Positions 18,578 through 27,973 are shown, counted from the first letter of the whole stretch. The stretch: DNA of 63,979 bases, filler included, from an uncultured bacterium (GCA_964471275.1; 3 parts of 3 records of this genome joined end to end with filler, not necessarily neighbours in it), one strand, 5' to 3'. The notes: generated by a model from the letters alone, not told the origin. A program made the numbers and translations.

Positions 18578-19366
18578 TCATTTCAGCACATAAAACAGCT
18601 CCATGGAGCTATCGTATCGCTCAATTTCGCGCCCGGTCTCTGATGCGATCTGCTCGATCTGTGTCTGATACGTGTGCTCCATACCGACATTTCGCCCTCC
18701 CATCGATCGCGTGGGAAAAGAAGCGATCACCGTCTCGGTCTCCACGTCTCGGACCAGTTGCGCCGCGCTCCCACTATCTTGATGCTCCAGAATCGGCAGG
18801 AGTTTCAGCATCAACGCCACATCACACTCCGGATAGCTGTCGGACAGGATGTCACTCCACGTGAACGCAGCATCCAGTCCGACCGCTTCAGCGAACTGCG
18901 ACAGGACGGACATCATCTCCTTGTGCAGATCCAGCCCGATATACTTGAAAGCGTGCGTCTCAGTGATCGCCGGCAGGGCCAGCGCGTTCAGCCCGCACGC
19001 GAGATCGAGAACTCTCGCTCCCTCCGGGATAACCCTTGCAAGCAGGTCACCAAACTCCCCGATGATCGGCCGGCGTTCCCGGGTCGACGTGTGCAGATCC
19101 ATCAGACGGAAGCAGACCTTGCGGACCGTGTCTGAATCTGCACCCTCAATATCCACGATGCCCGCCTTCAACTTCCGCAGCCAGTTCCCCTCGAGATAGG
19201 CGCCAAAGGCTTGATGCAGCTTTCGCCGCACGGCCTGCTCGAGCGCCTTGTCGGACGGATACCGGTCTGCGAGCAGAGCGGCCTGCCGATCGATAACGGC
19301 CGGATGAATGTCCGAATACTTCCGTGAACCGAGAATGCGTTCAAGCACGCGATTGAGGTCAGGCAT
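18578..19366 (-). CDS. FmrO/Sgm/Rmt-family 16S rRNA (m7G1405) methyltransferase homologue
   Basis: Family motifs SRKY, RRKLHQAFGAY, LHTSTRER, VLDLACGLN, LMLKLLPILE, SFPTRSMGGRNVGMEHTY and terminal ELFYV. Confidence 0.85.
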   Translation of the reverse strand: MPDLNRVLERILGSRKYSDIHPAVIDRQAALLADRYPSDKALEQAVRRKLHQAFGAYLEGNWLRKLKAGIVDIEGADSDTVRKVCFRLMDLHTSTRERRPIIGEFGDLLARVIPEGARVLDLACGLNALALPAITETHAFKYIGLDLHKEMMSVLSQFAEAVGLDAAFTWSDILSDSYPECDVALMLKLLPILEHQDSGSAAQLVRDVETETVIASFPTRSMGGRNVGMEHTYQTQIEQIASETGREIERYDSSMELFYVLK

Positions 19367-20429
19367 CTTGGCGCCGTAATCGCTCGATCAGCCGAGCGTA
19401 GTAGCGGAGATTGTGTGTCGTGGCCAGAGTGTGACCGGTCGATTCTCCGATCACGAACAGATGATGGAGGTAGGCGCGGGAATACCGGGTGCACGTCGGA
19501 CAATCACATCGTTCGTCGATCGGTTTGTCGTCGCGTGCAAAGGATTCGCGCTCGATCCGCACGTAGTCGAAGGAGCCAGGTGCATCGCCTGATTCATCCG
19601 TGTAGAGCCGTCCCCGTCGCGCATCCCGCGTCGGAATCGTGCAGTCGAACGTGTCGTAGCCGAGATGGTACGCGGCAACCAGATTATCCGGTCTCCCGAT
19701 GCCAAGCCCGTGCAGGGGAAATTCTTCCGGGAGCATTTCCACGACTGCCCCGACTTCGTCCACCAATCCGCCCGAATCCGAGATCGGCCATCCGCCAAAA
19801 CCGAAGCCATCGAAGCCGATCCTCAACAATCCGTCGACGCACCGTCTCCGCGCATCCAGATCGTCGCCTCCCTGGATAACAGCAAACAGCTTGGGTCGCG
19901 TCTCCGGATCTTCCGCGTGCCGGTCCAACGCCTCTCGACAGGTCTTCCCCCACGCCAGCGTCCGATCCACGCTGTCGGCTAGCGTCTGGCTGTCGGCACC
20001 GTCCGGTGGACAATCATCGAGCGCAAACAGGATGTCCGTTCCCATCTGAACCTGATACTGGATGCACTTCTCTGGTGTCAGAGTTCGCTTCTTCTGGCCC
20101 TGCATCTTGAACGTCACGCCACTCTTGGAGAGCGACACACCTTTCGTCCCGCCGGTGGCGAGCGAATAGACCTGGAATCCACCCGAATCCGACACGACCG
20201 GACCGTGCCAGCCGGTAAAGGCGTGGATCCCGCCGACCTTCTTGATCACGGTCGACCCAGGTGTCATCGAGAGATGCAACGTGTTCACCATCAGCCCCTC
20301 GAGCCCACACGCTGCTACATCCGCCGCCCCGGCCGAACGCACGACTCCCCGGGTCGCATCCGGGAAGAATGCGGGGAGTTTCAGGTCACCGTGTGGTGTG
20401 GTGAGGGTGGTGAGGCGATTGTCCCGCAT
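19359..20429 (-). CDS. tgt: tRNA-guanine transglycosylase (TGT) family protein, divergent
   Basis: SDSGGFQVYSL, LDDC, IQGG, FDCTIPTRDARRG, and Zn site CDCPTC...HN. Confidence 0.85.
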   Translation of the reverse strand: MRDNRLTTLTTPHGDLKLPAFFPDATRGVVRSAGAADVAACGLEGLMVNTLHLSMTPGSTVIKKVGGIHAFTGWHGPVVSDSGGFQVYSLATGGTKGVSLSKSGVTFKMQGQKKRTLTPEKCIQYQVQMGTDILFALDDCPPDGADSQTLADSVDRTLAWGKTCREALDRHAEDPETRPKLFAVIQGGDDLDARRRCVDGLLRIGFDGFGFGGWPISDSGGLVDEVGAVVEMLPEEFPLHGLGIGRPDNLVAAYHLGYDTFDCTIPTRDARRGRLYTDESGDAPGSFDYVRIERESFARDDKPIDERCDCPTCTRYSRAYLHHLFVIGESTGHTLATTHNLRYYARLIERLRRQDA

Positions 20430-20520
20430 CAGATCAGCACTGTGCGCAAGACACGGCGTTCAGCGGATCCATACCAGCGAGAGCAGATGGGATGTCTTCA
20501 GACAAGCCGTGCTCCTTGCG

Positions 20521-21663
20521 CTAGGCGCTCACCGGGGTTGTGGGATGCGGCCAGTTCTTCCAGAACCGTTCCTTTCCGGCAGCACTGACACAGACACCGA
20601 CATCATCTCGACTGGCACCTTCACCGAACATCCGCTCGACCTCCTTTGCAGCTTCGATGAAGGCGTGAACCTTCGGAACGGTCTCGGGCGTACACATCGC
20701 GTCCGCCACGAAAGTAAAGACTGAACTCGCTCCGTCTGCGGCTGCCTGGAAGACCCAGTCCCGTACCTCATCGGCGGTCAACGTAAGGTAGTGAAAATTA
20801 CCGAGCCGCCAGCCAAAAGGCACACGGCACAGGTCGCGCAGGTCTGGCGGACTGAGCTTGGCTGAAATCGAGGGGTCGAATCGCGCCAGCTCCAACGCCT
20901 CGAGATACTTGAGATGTTCCGGTCGCAGGTCCTCGATGTGCGCCGAGCGGGGACCCGTGGTCGTCCCGCTGAGGTAGGCATTCTGAAACGGCAGGACAAA
21001 CTCAGGCCACATCGCAGGCGAGAACATGCTGGACACGTCGTCCACCATTCCGCCGCCTTTCGGACTCGGGAAGGTCTGCCCCATCACCGAAGCGCGGAAA
21101 CCGGCGAATGCGACCGTGCTTGCCACCAGCTTGTCGAGAAAGACCTTGAACCGCTCGGGCTCATCGTAGATGGCGGTGAACACGCCTTCGCCCAGAATGA
21201 TGTAGGCAGTGGTCAACGGGCCTTCGTGCCCATAGCTGAACCCACACCTCTCCCCGCCGAACGCGGCCTCCAGCTTCGCCTTGTAATCGATGTAGAACGG
21301 CGCCATTCCGGCCGTTGCGAAGTCGACATCCTGCTCGACAAAAGCGATCCCCTCTTCAACTAAGGCGCAGGGCGTCACGTAGTTCACCTCTCCGCCCTCT
21401 GGGAATATCAGCTCGGCACCCAAAGCGTTCAGATGTCCATAGCTGATCGGCGGAGTAGCCAATGGGCACTTACCGACCTCGGGACCAAACATCTCAGCGA
21501 GAAGACCGCGGCCCTTCCGGAACAGCTCGATACCCGCGTCCAGATTCAGCGAAAAATCGCGAAGACTGATACCTGTCAGCCCCGGCAGGGCTGTGTAGGT
21601 TGACGAGACCCGCCACGAAAAATCGGTCTCCTCTCTCAAGCTCAAATAGTCTGGTGTATACAT
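20521..21663 (-). CDS. Uroporphyrinogen decarboxylase/MtaA-CmuA-like TIM-barrel protein; either its own gene from ATG 21663 or the C-terminal part of a fusion
   Basis: EGPLTTAYIILG, IYDEPE, DDVSSMFSPAMWPEFVLP and H-x-E pattern typical of the URO-D superfamily. Confidence 0.7.
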   Translation of the reverse strand: MYTPDYLSLREETDFSWRVSSTYTALPGLTGISLRDFSLNLDAGIELFRKGRGLLAEMFGPEVGKCPLATPPISYGHLNALGAELIFPEGGEVNYVTPCALVEEGIAFVEQDVDFATAGMAPFYIDYKAKLEAAFGGERCGFSYGHEGPLTTAYIILGEGVFTAIYDEPERFKVFLDKLVASTVAFAGFRASVMGQTFPSPKGGGMVDDVSSMFSPAMWPEFVLPFQNAYLSGTTTGPRSAHIEDLRPEHLKYLEALELARFDPSISAKLSPPDLRDLCRVPFGWRLGNFHYLTLTADEVRDWVFQAAADGASSVFTFVADAMCTPETVPKVHAFIEAAKEVERMFGEGASRDDVGVCVSAAGKERFWKNWPHPTTPVSA

Positions 21664-22317
21664 ATGTAATGTGTCCCAAGGGTGAGGTGTCGAAGAGTGG
21701 CAATCACGGATCGGACGACGCGGAGGCGCACGGTATTCGAGCGCCAGACAATACCCTCCCGCGTTCTGTTCAATGGCCTGTTTCAGCTCCACGGGTTCAA
21801 AACCCCACGGACCTTTGCTGCCCGCATAGGCGATTTGCCCGTCTTTATCGATCAGGTAGAGCCGTTCGGGCCAGGCAGCGTAGGCCAGCATCACGGCATC
21901 ATCCATTTCATCCACATAGATTACGATACCATACTGCATCGCGGCCTGGCAGGTTTCGGCTACATCCCGCCGTTCCTCGATCGTTGTGGAATCGGTAACG
22001 CCGGTCTCCTTCAGGACCCACCCGTCATCCGGATGGGCTTCTCTGATGTAGATCACCAGGAACTGGACCTGCTCGCTGTATTCAGCGTACAGGTCGCGGA
22101 GGCCGACCACCTCCCGTACGAACGGCGGTCACGTAAAGCTCCCGAAGACAAGCGCCACCGGCTTCTGATCTCTGAAGTCCGAAAGCCGCACCGGGTTCTC
22201 GCCCTGAATATCGCGCAGCTCGAAATCCGGCGCCATCTCGCCTACCTTCGGTGCGTTCGAATCAATGCGGACCTGGAAGGCAACAGCCTCATCTTTGGTT
22301 CGGCTCGTGTTGACCAT
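20521..22317 (-). CDS. Iodothyronine-deiodinase-like selenoprotein (UGA = Sec at 22131-22129), in-frame with the URO-D-like domain
   Basis: APDFEL...PVALVFGSFT-TGA-PPF...YIREAHPDDGW...YAAWPERLY...GSKGPWGF; no stop after the deiodinase domain until 20521. Confidence 0.8.
22098..22114 (-). promoter_or_regulatory. Candidate bacterial SECIS element
   Basis: Hairpin GGAGGU-GGUCG-GCCUCC starting 14 nt 3' of the in-frame UGA, with a G-rich apical loop. Confidence 0.65.
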
Positions 22318-22449
22318 AAAGGCTCTAGAAGAAGCGCATAGGGCACGGAGCGTGGGACATAGGTACGTCAGCGGGCGATCACTTCAGCACTCTGATACTA
22401 ACTCTCGCAACCGAAACAGCCGCTCGGTCATCTGCCCACTGCCCTCCGC

Positions 22450-23094
22450 CTACGGCAAATGCAGCATCTTGTGTATTCGACACGAAAGTCGCCACGTCGG
22501 ATGTCGCTGCAAGATCTCGAGTGTCTTGATCACATACTCGGGCTGGCTCGATTCGGGCTGCAGGTAAATCAGCTCCGACCGGTCTGTTTTGACGATATCC
22601 TCTCGGAATGCCTTCCCAACAACATACTTGAGTTCTGTGATCCGTTCGAATCCGTCGACGATTGACCTACGTTTCGGACTCACCGTCCAGTGTTCGATCA
22701 GGTCAAACAGCTCCATCTGCGGGGGCAGCGATCCACTTGTTTCAATGTGCAGCCGGTATCCGTTCCCGCGCAGCGCTTCGCACAACGGCGCAATATTCTG
22801 CCCGAGCGGTTCGCCGCCCGTGAGACTAACCCACTCCGCGTTGTGCATCCGGACTTCGTCGACAATCTCTCGGAGACTCATCTCCGAGAACGCATCGAAC
22901 TCCGTGTCACAGAAAAAGCAGCGCAGGTTACACTTAGCGAGCCTCACGAACGTTGTTGGCTGACCGACCCGCGAGCCTTCTCCCTGGATCGAATAGAAGA
23001 TCTCGTTGATCTGGAGAGATTGCCCATCCCCCCAGACCGGCTTGTGATCCTCTGCGGCGTCCGGAATGCTTTCAATCGTGCTGGTATTGTTCAT
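22450..23094 (-). CDS. queE: 7-carboxy-7-deazaguanine synthase (radical SAM)
   Basis: EIFYSIQGEG, FVRLAKCNLRCFFCDT, LTGGEPL, IETSG, TVSPK, YLQP, WRLS..HK. Confidence 0.9.
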   Translation of the reverse strand: MNNTSTIESIPDAAEDHKPVWGDGQSLQINEIFYSIQGEGSRVGQPTTFVRLAKCNLRCFFCDTEFDAFSEMSLREIVDEVRMHNAEWVSLTGGEPLGQNIAPLCEALRGNGYRLHIETSGSLPPQMELFDLIEHWTVSPKRRSIVDGFERITELKYVVGKAFREDIVKTDRSELIYLQPESSQPEYVIKTLEILQRHPTWRLSCRIHKMLHLP

Positions 23095-23185
23095 TCACGT
23101 CCCGACTCTGTACGTTGCCCCAAAGGCGCACGGCGACGGAAAGTCACCGCGCTACCCCCAAACCCGAAACCCGATACCCCACCTC

Positions 23186-25108
23186 CTACCCCCCTGCCTT
23201 CACATATATCTGTTCGTGGTAGATCGGCCGACTCCATCCCTGAAACGCCGTCGCTGCCGTATTCTGCAGCGGTACATTCCCCAACCGGATACCGGCCCCC
23301 CACAGATGATACTGCGATCCAATCGTAATCGCTGCAACGTTATCGGTATGGAGATCGCGCGCCCTGACCATATGCTCGCGCAGCCTCTCTGGATCGACCG
23401 TTGTGATCGCTTCCTTGATCGCTTGCGTCGCATCGCGCAGCCAGGGCTGGGCGTTCTCCCAAGCGTTCTTGTGCCAGAACGGCACGGTTGAATTCATCAC
23501 GGCCCAATCGTTCAACCGGGCCAGCGGATCTGCCGGTCCCTCTAGCGACCAGACGTGAACATCGAACTCACCGTTCGTTCGTCGTGGCCACAGGATGTTT
23601 CTGAGCACGGCGTTAATGTACACCTTGATCCCAACTGCTGCCCAATGCTCGGCGACCAGCTGCATGATGTCGACGGTCATCGATGGCGTGATCAGACAAT
23701 CGATGTTCACCGCGAAGGATGAGCCGTCTCTCAAGTTGCGAATCCCGTCTCCATCGCTGTCCACAAACCCGGCCTCGTCCAGAAGACGGTTTGCCAGAGC
23801 AGGGCCGTAAGTCGTGTACCTCCTGTAGGAGGCCTCATCGAAATAGGGGCTCTGCGGAGCGAATGAGTAGCCCGAGATTTCGAGCATCCCGTTAAAAACG
23901 ATCTCGTTGATCTCTTCGCGATTGATTGCGTGAGACAGCGCCTGTCTGACCTTCAGCGTCCGGAACGCTTCCGTCAACGGCTTGTTGGGTCCGTCCCAGT
24001 TCAGATAGAGCGTCGTTCCCCGTTCCGGACCCGTGATCCGAATCTTGTATTTTCCGTTTCGCTCTCCCGCCTTGAGGGTCTGGAACATCGCCGCTTGCGA
24101 ATACCGGCCAAACAGATCGATTTCCGCATTCATAAACTTCAGCAGAATCACCTGTGAATCCTGAATCACGTTGAACTCGATCTGATCGGCGTAGGGCAGC
24201 TGGTTACCTGCTGTATCGACCTTCCAGTAGTAAGGGTTCCGGTCATACACGATCCGCTGGCCGCGCTCCCACCTTACGGGTACCCAGGCCGATATCCGGG
24301 GAAGTCCCGGGTTCATACAGAGCTGTGCGGCAGTCGTGCTGTCGCGGAACGTCTCGTAGTCCGCATCCTGATTGTAACGTGGGTGGAGATGCTGAAGTCG
24401 GTGCTTTGGATACGCGGATACCGTTGCGCAGAATGCCTGGCGAATGCGGCCCAGCGGCTTGGGTGAGATCACCTTCAGCGTAAAATCGTCGACCTTCTCC
24501 ATCCGAACCGGTCCATTGTCCACGACCCACACGCTCGCCAGGACAGCCGAACTGCGGGCGTTGTCGTCGACGTTCATATCCTGATACCAGAACAGGATGT
24601 CGTCGACCGTGAAGGGATGTCCATCCGACCACTTCACACCTTCCCGGATCCTGAAGAACGCGACACGTCCCTCATCCTCGAACCAGTGCTTTTCGGCAAG
24701 ATTGTGCTCGATGCGATTCGGCAGCGGGCGCTCGTAGCCCATCAGGTTTTCGGCGAGCGTCTTGTTGACACCGGCGGTCTGAGCGATGTCCCCGGTCAGC
24801 GCACGCCGGATCGTCCCACCATATTCACCAATCTGCTCGACGGGAACGACAACGAGCGGCTTCTCCGGTAGCCTTTCATGGACAGGGGGGAGGTCCCCTG
24901 CCGCAACCCGGTCCGCCAGAAGGGGTGCCTCACTGAAAGCTCGTGAACGCAGAATCTCATCTGGGATCTGGAGTGGGGCCCGCGTTCGAAGCGCACGATC
25001 TGTATGTTGGTCGGACGCGGCCACCTGGCTATCGTCGACACCACGATCGGCCGGTAGACAGGCAGACAGAACCAGCATGCAGAAGAGCCATTTTAGGGGA
25101 TCGTGCAT
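23186..25108 (-). CDS. ABC transporter substrate-binding lipoprotein (family 5, peptide/oligosaccharide type)
   Basis: Lipobox LSAC, GDLPPVHERLP, YGGT, KWSDGHPFTVDD, RNPYYWKVD..GNQLPY, RQALSHAINR. Confidence 0.9.
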   Translation of the reverse strand: MHDPLKWLFCMLVLSACLPADRGVDDSQVAASDQHTDRALRTRAPLQIPDEILRSRAFSEAPLLADRVAAGDLPPVHERLPEKPLVVVPVEQIGEYGGTIRRALTGDIAQTAGVNKTLAENLMGYERPLPNRIEHNLAEKHWFEDEGRVAFFRIREGVKWSDGHPFTVDDILFWYQDMNVDDNARSSAVLASVWVVDNGPVRMEKVDDFTLKVISPKPLGRIRQAFCATVSAYPKHRLQHLHPRYNQDADYETFRDSTTAAQLCMNPGLPRISAWVPVRWERGQRIVYDRNPYYWKVDTAGNQLPYADQIEFNVIQDSQVILLKFMNAEIDLFGRYSQAAMFQTLKAGERNGKYKIRITGPERGTTLYLNWDGPNKPLTEAFRTLKVRQALSHAINREEINEIVFNGMLEISGYSFAPQSPYFDEASYRRYTTYGPALANRLLDEAGFVDSDGDGIRNLRDGSSFAVNIDCLITPSMTVDIMQLVAEHWAAVGIKVYINAVLRNILWPRRTNGEFDVHVWSLEGPADPLARLNDWAVMNSTVPFWHKNAWENAQPWLRDATQAIKEAITTVDPERLREHMVRARDLHTDNVAAITIGSQYHLWGAGIRLGNVPLQNTAATAFQGWSRPIYHEQIYVKAGG

Positions 25109-25240
25109 TTCACCTTCCCAACTCTGAGTGGGGGCGGAATATACCGGCAGGCGAACAGACGGGCAATATGCCCCCCTGCCTTGACACACAGGGCGCAAGC
25201 GAAGTAATTGGACATCATACATTGACCTCGAGGGAGACAT

Positions 25241-26944
25241 ATGTACAACTACGAACGCATAGTGGCCGCCCAGAACGCTCGTATCCTAGAAGCCTATCCC
25301 TGGCAGATTCTGGATGAATCGAACCCCGCAGTCGGCTGCTTCCTGACTGCCGAGGACAGCTTCCCGAACCCCGACCACGGTCACAACGCATCGCTGCTGG
25401 CGACGGCCTGCTATGCCTTCCTCTGCGACGGCTCGGAGCACGAAGGTGATGACGAACTCTTCAACCGGATTCTGAGATCGATTGCCTTCGAACAGAACTG
25501 GCAGCGACCGACCGGTCTGATCGACCTCGTCAGCGTGAACTGGGAATCTCCTCCCGACACGGGCTTCGCCGTCCAGCTGTTCTCCCCCGTGGTGGCCTTC
25601 GCACGTCGGCTCTCAGACGGCAACGAACGTGCCGCTGAGATCGCCAAGACGTTAGGTGAGTTCGTTCGGACGGCTGCGACAGGTATGATCGGTCGCGGAT
25701 TCCACACCCCAAACCATCGCTGGGTCGTCTGTTCCGCGCTGTCACAGGCGATGACGCTATATCCGGAAGTCGACGCACGCACCTACGTCGACAGCATCCT
25801 TGCGGAGACGATCGACATCAACGCGGACGGTGAGTTCACCGAGCGCAGCACGGGTATCTACAATGCCGTATGCGATCGTGGGTTGCGATTTATGGCCGAC
25901 CATCTCGACAGACCCGAGCTCCTCGATGCTGTTCGGAAGAACCTCGAGATTATGACGCATCTCTTCCACGAGGACGGAACCGTCGTCACGAGCATCTCGA
26001 ACAGACAGGACCGTGGAAATCGTCTGGTGCCTGTGGGGATCGCCGATTCGTTCTTCGATATGGCCAACCGCGACGGCGACGGACGTTGGGCGGCCATCGC
26101 GGATCGTCTCGTCGCTCGAGGAGCCGACGCACCACACAGCCCCTGGCTGATCCAGCCCTTCGCCCAGAATCCCGAGTATCGCACCGCCGATCTCGCGCGC
26201 GCACCCATCCCCGATGACTATGCGCGACTCTACCCGGTCTCAGGTCTGTGGCGAGTGAAGCGCGGTAAGTTGTCTGCAACAGCTGCCACGGGCAATCGAG
26301 CGGCCTTTGCCGTTCGGTATGGCGACGTTAACCTCACGTCGATCAAGTTTTCGGGCACCTACATGAACACGACGAACTTCCAGGCTGACACGGTCGAGGA
26401 GATCCTTGGCGGGATCAAAATGACGCAGCACGGCGGCCAGCAACAGGTTCCCCTGCTCTCTCCTGGCGCCAGGAAACCCGGTTACGACCTCCCGCTCAAC
26501 AGACCAGTAGCCGTCGGTACGTTCGGAGATGTTCGCGGTGAGCGTGAACGCTGGACGCTGCCGACGATCGATTTGATCCTCGAGCTCACGGAAGTCGAGG
26601 GAGGCTTCGACCTGCACTACCGAACGAATGGTGGACTGGATCGCGTACCGATCGAGATCGAGATCGCTCTAGAGGCACCGGGTCAGTGGGAAACAGACAA
26701 CCAGATCATCCCGGTCCAGAACGGACAAAGTTCCATATTGAAGTCAGGAACCGGTATCTTTCACCGCGGCAGCGAGGCCATCTCTATCGGGCCGGGAAGC
26801 GGTGTCCATCGCAACTGGGCAATGCGCAACTCGGAACCCGCCGACGGTCAGTTCCGTGTGCTGGTCACACTGCAGACTCCGGTCGATCATACGCTTGAGA
26901 TTCGCTACGGAACCTGGTCGATCGCGAGCAGTTCACTGATTTAG
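25241..26944 (+). CDS. Conserved hypothetical protein, possibly an alpha/alpha-barrel plus beta-sandwich carbohydrate lyase-like enzyme
   Basis: 567-aa ORF with SD GGGAG; motifs SPPDTGF, GFHTPNHRW, DGEFTERSTGIYN; divergent from the SBP gene. Confidence 0.65.
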   Translation: MYNYERIVAAQNARILEAYPWQILDESNPAVGCFLTAEDSFPNPDHGHNASLLATACYAFLCDGSEHEGDDELFNRILRSIAFEQNWQRPTGLIDLVSVNWESPPDTGFAVQLFSPVVAFARRLSDGNERAAEIAKTLGEFVRTAATGMIGRGFHTPNHRWVVCSALSQAMTLYPEVDARTYVDSILAETIDINADGEFTERSTGIYNAVCDRGLRFMADHLDRPELLDAVRKNLEIMTHLFHEDGTVVTSISNRQDRGNRLVPVGIADSFFDMANRDGDGRWAAIADRLVARGADAPHSPWLIQPFAQNPEYRTADLARAPIPDDYARLYPVSGLWRVKRGKLSATAATGNRAAFAVRYGDVNLTSIKFSGTYMNTTNFQADTVEEILGGIKMTQHGGQQQVPLLSPGARKPGYDLPLNRPVAVGTFGDVRGERERWTLPTIDLILELTEVEGGFDLHYRTNGGLDRVPIEIEIALEAPGQWETDNQIIPVQNGQSSILKSGTGIFHRGSEAISIGPGSGVHRNWAMRNSEPADGQFRVLVTLQTPVDHTLEIRYGTWSIASSSLI

Positions 26945-26969
26945 TGGTAGATCGCCTAGCCCCGTTTCT

Positions 26970-27004
26970 TCGATACGGTCTGCGCACAGCGCGGACCGTA
27001 TCGA
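26970..27004. terminator. Strong hairpin after the 25241-26944 gene
   Basis: TCGATACGGTCTGCGC-ACA-GCGCGGACCGTATCGA. Confidence 0.55.
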
Positions 27005-27156
27005 GAAGCCTGCTATTGGCAGAGCCTTGCCGGACTCTCGTCCGGATCACTCGAGCACACGGTGACCGATCTCGAGTCACATCTTAACCTAACCGCCCTT
27101 TTCGTGTCTTTCGTGCTTTTCGTGGTAGTCCTTTCCCAACCAAGTCGAGCAGATAT

Positions 27157-27873
27157 ATGCACGCATTCGAAACCCTGAACATCCCCGAACATCACGTCGG
27201 CATCCACTGGTTCGGCCAGAGTTCCTTCGCCTTTAAGTCTGCTGCGGGCACGATCATCCATGTCGACCCGTACTTCCCGCACGAGCGCACGCCGGACCGC
27301 TTTATCCATCCGAAGCCGCCGATCGTGGAAGCCGAGCTAGAAACGCACTACGTCATCCTAACGCACGATCACGGGGATCACACCTGTATCGAGTCGATCG
27401 AGCGAATCCATCGCGCCTTCCCGACCTGCCAGTACATCGGTCCACCAGAGAGTATGGCGAACCTGCGCAAGAACGGGATTCCGGAAGATCTGTTGACGGA
27501 GGTCACGGCAGGAGATTCCCAACAGATGGTCGACGTCGGCGCAAAGGTTGTGTGGGCCAAACCGCCTGAGGGAGACGTGGATGCCGGAATCAAAGCACCC
27601 GATGTACAGCACCTTGGTTACGTCCTCACATTTGGGAGCGTCATTCTCTGGGTCTCCGGGGACCCGATCAACAACTTCGCCGATCACGATGAGATCCTCA
27701 CCACCATCTCGATGCACGACCCGGACATCGGAATCGTGACCACGCATCCGTCCGAAGGGGAATTTCCCTTCTTTCCCGGTGCCGTCGAGACAGCCTTCAA
27801 GCTGGGACTCCGTGTGGTCATCCCCGCGCATTACCAGTGCTTCACGAACCGGAATTTCGACCCGAGCGAATTC
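27157..27873 (+). CDS. MBL-fold metallo-hydrolase (UlaG-like), truncated by the contig end
   Basis: WFGQSSF, VDPY, THDHGDH, SGD and IPAHY motifs. Confidence 0.85.
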
Positions 27874-27973
27874 NNNNNNNNNNNNNNNNNNNNNNNNNNN
27901 NNNNNNNNNNNNNNNNNTTAATTAATTAANNNNNNNNNNNNNNNNNNNNNNNNNNNNNNNNNNNNNNNNNNNN
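27874..27973. other. Artificial contig-join spacer
   Basis: 100 bp of N with a central six-frame stop linker TTAATTAATTAA. Confidence 0.98.

Noticed and set aside
19359..23094. Dpd-type DNA 7-deazaguanine modification (defence) island
   Set aside because: The TGT retains tRNA-TGT motifs and the Zn site, and no dpdB-K, helicase or nuclease genes are present
27874..27973. TTAATTAATTAA palindrome within Ns (also at 55801-55900)
   Set aside because: Artificial six-frame-stop linker; genes on either side are not necessarily neighbours
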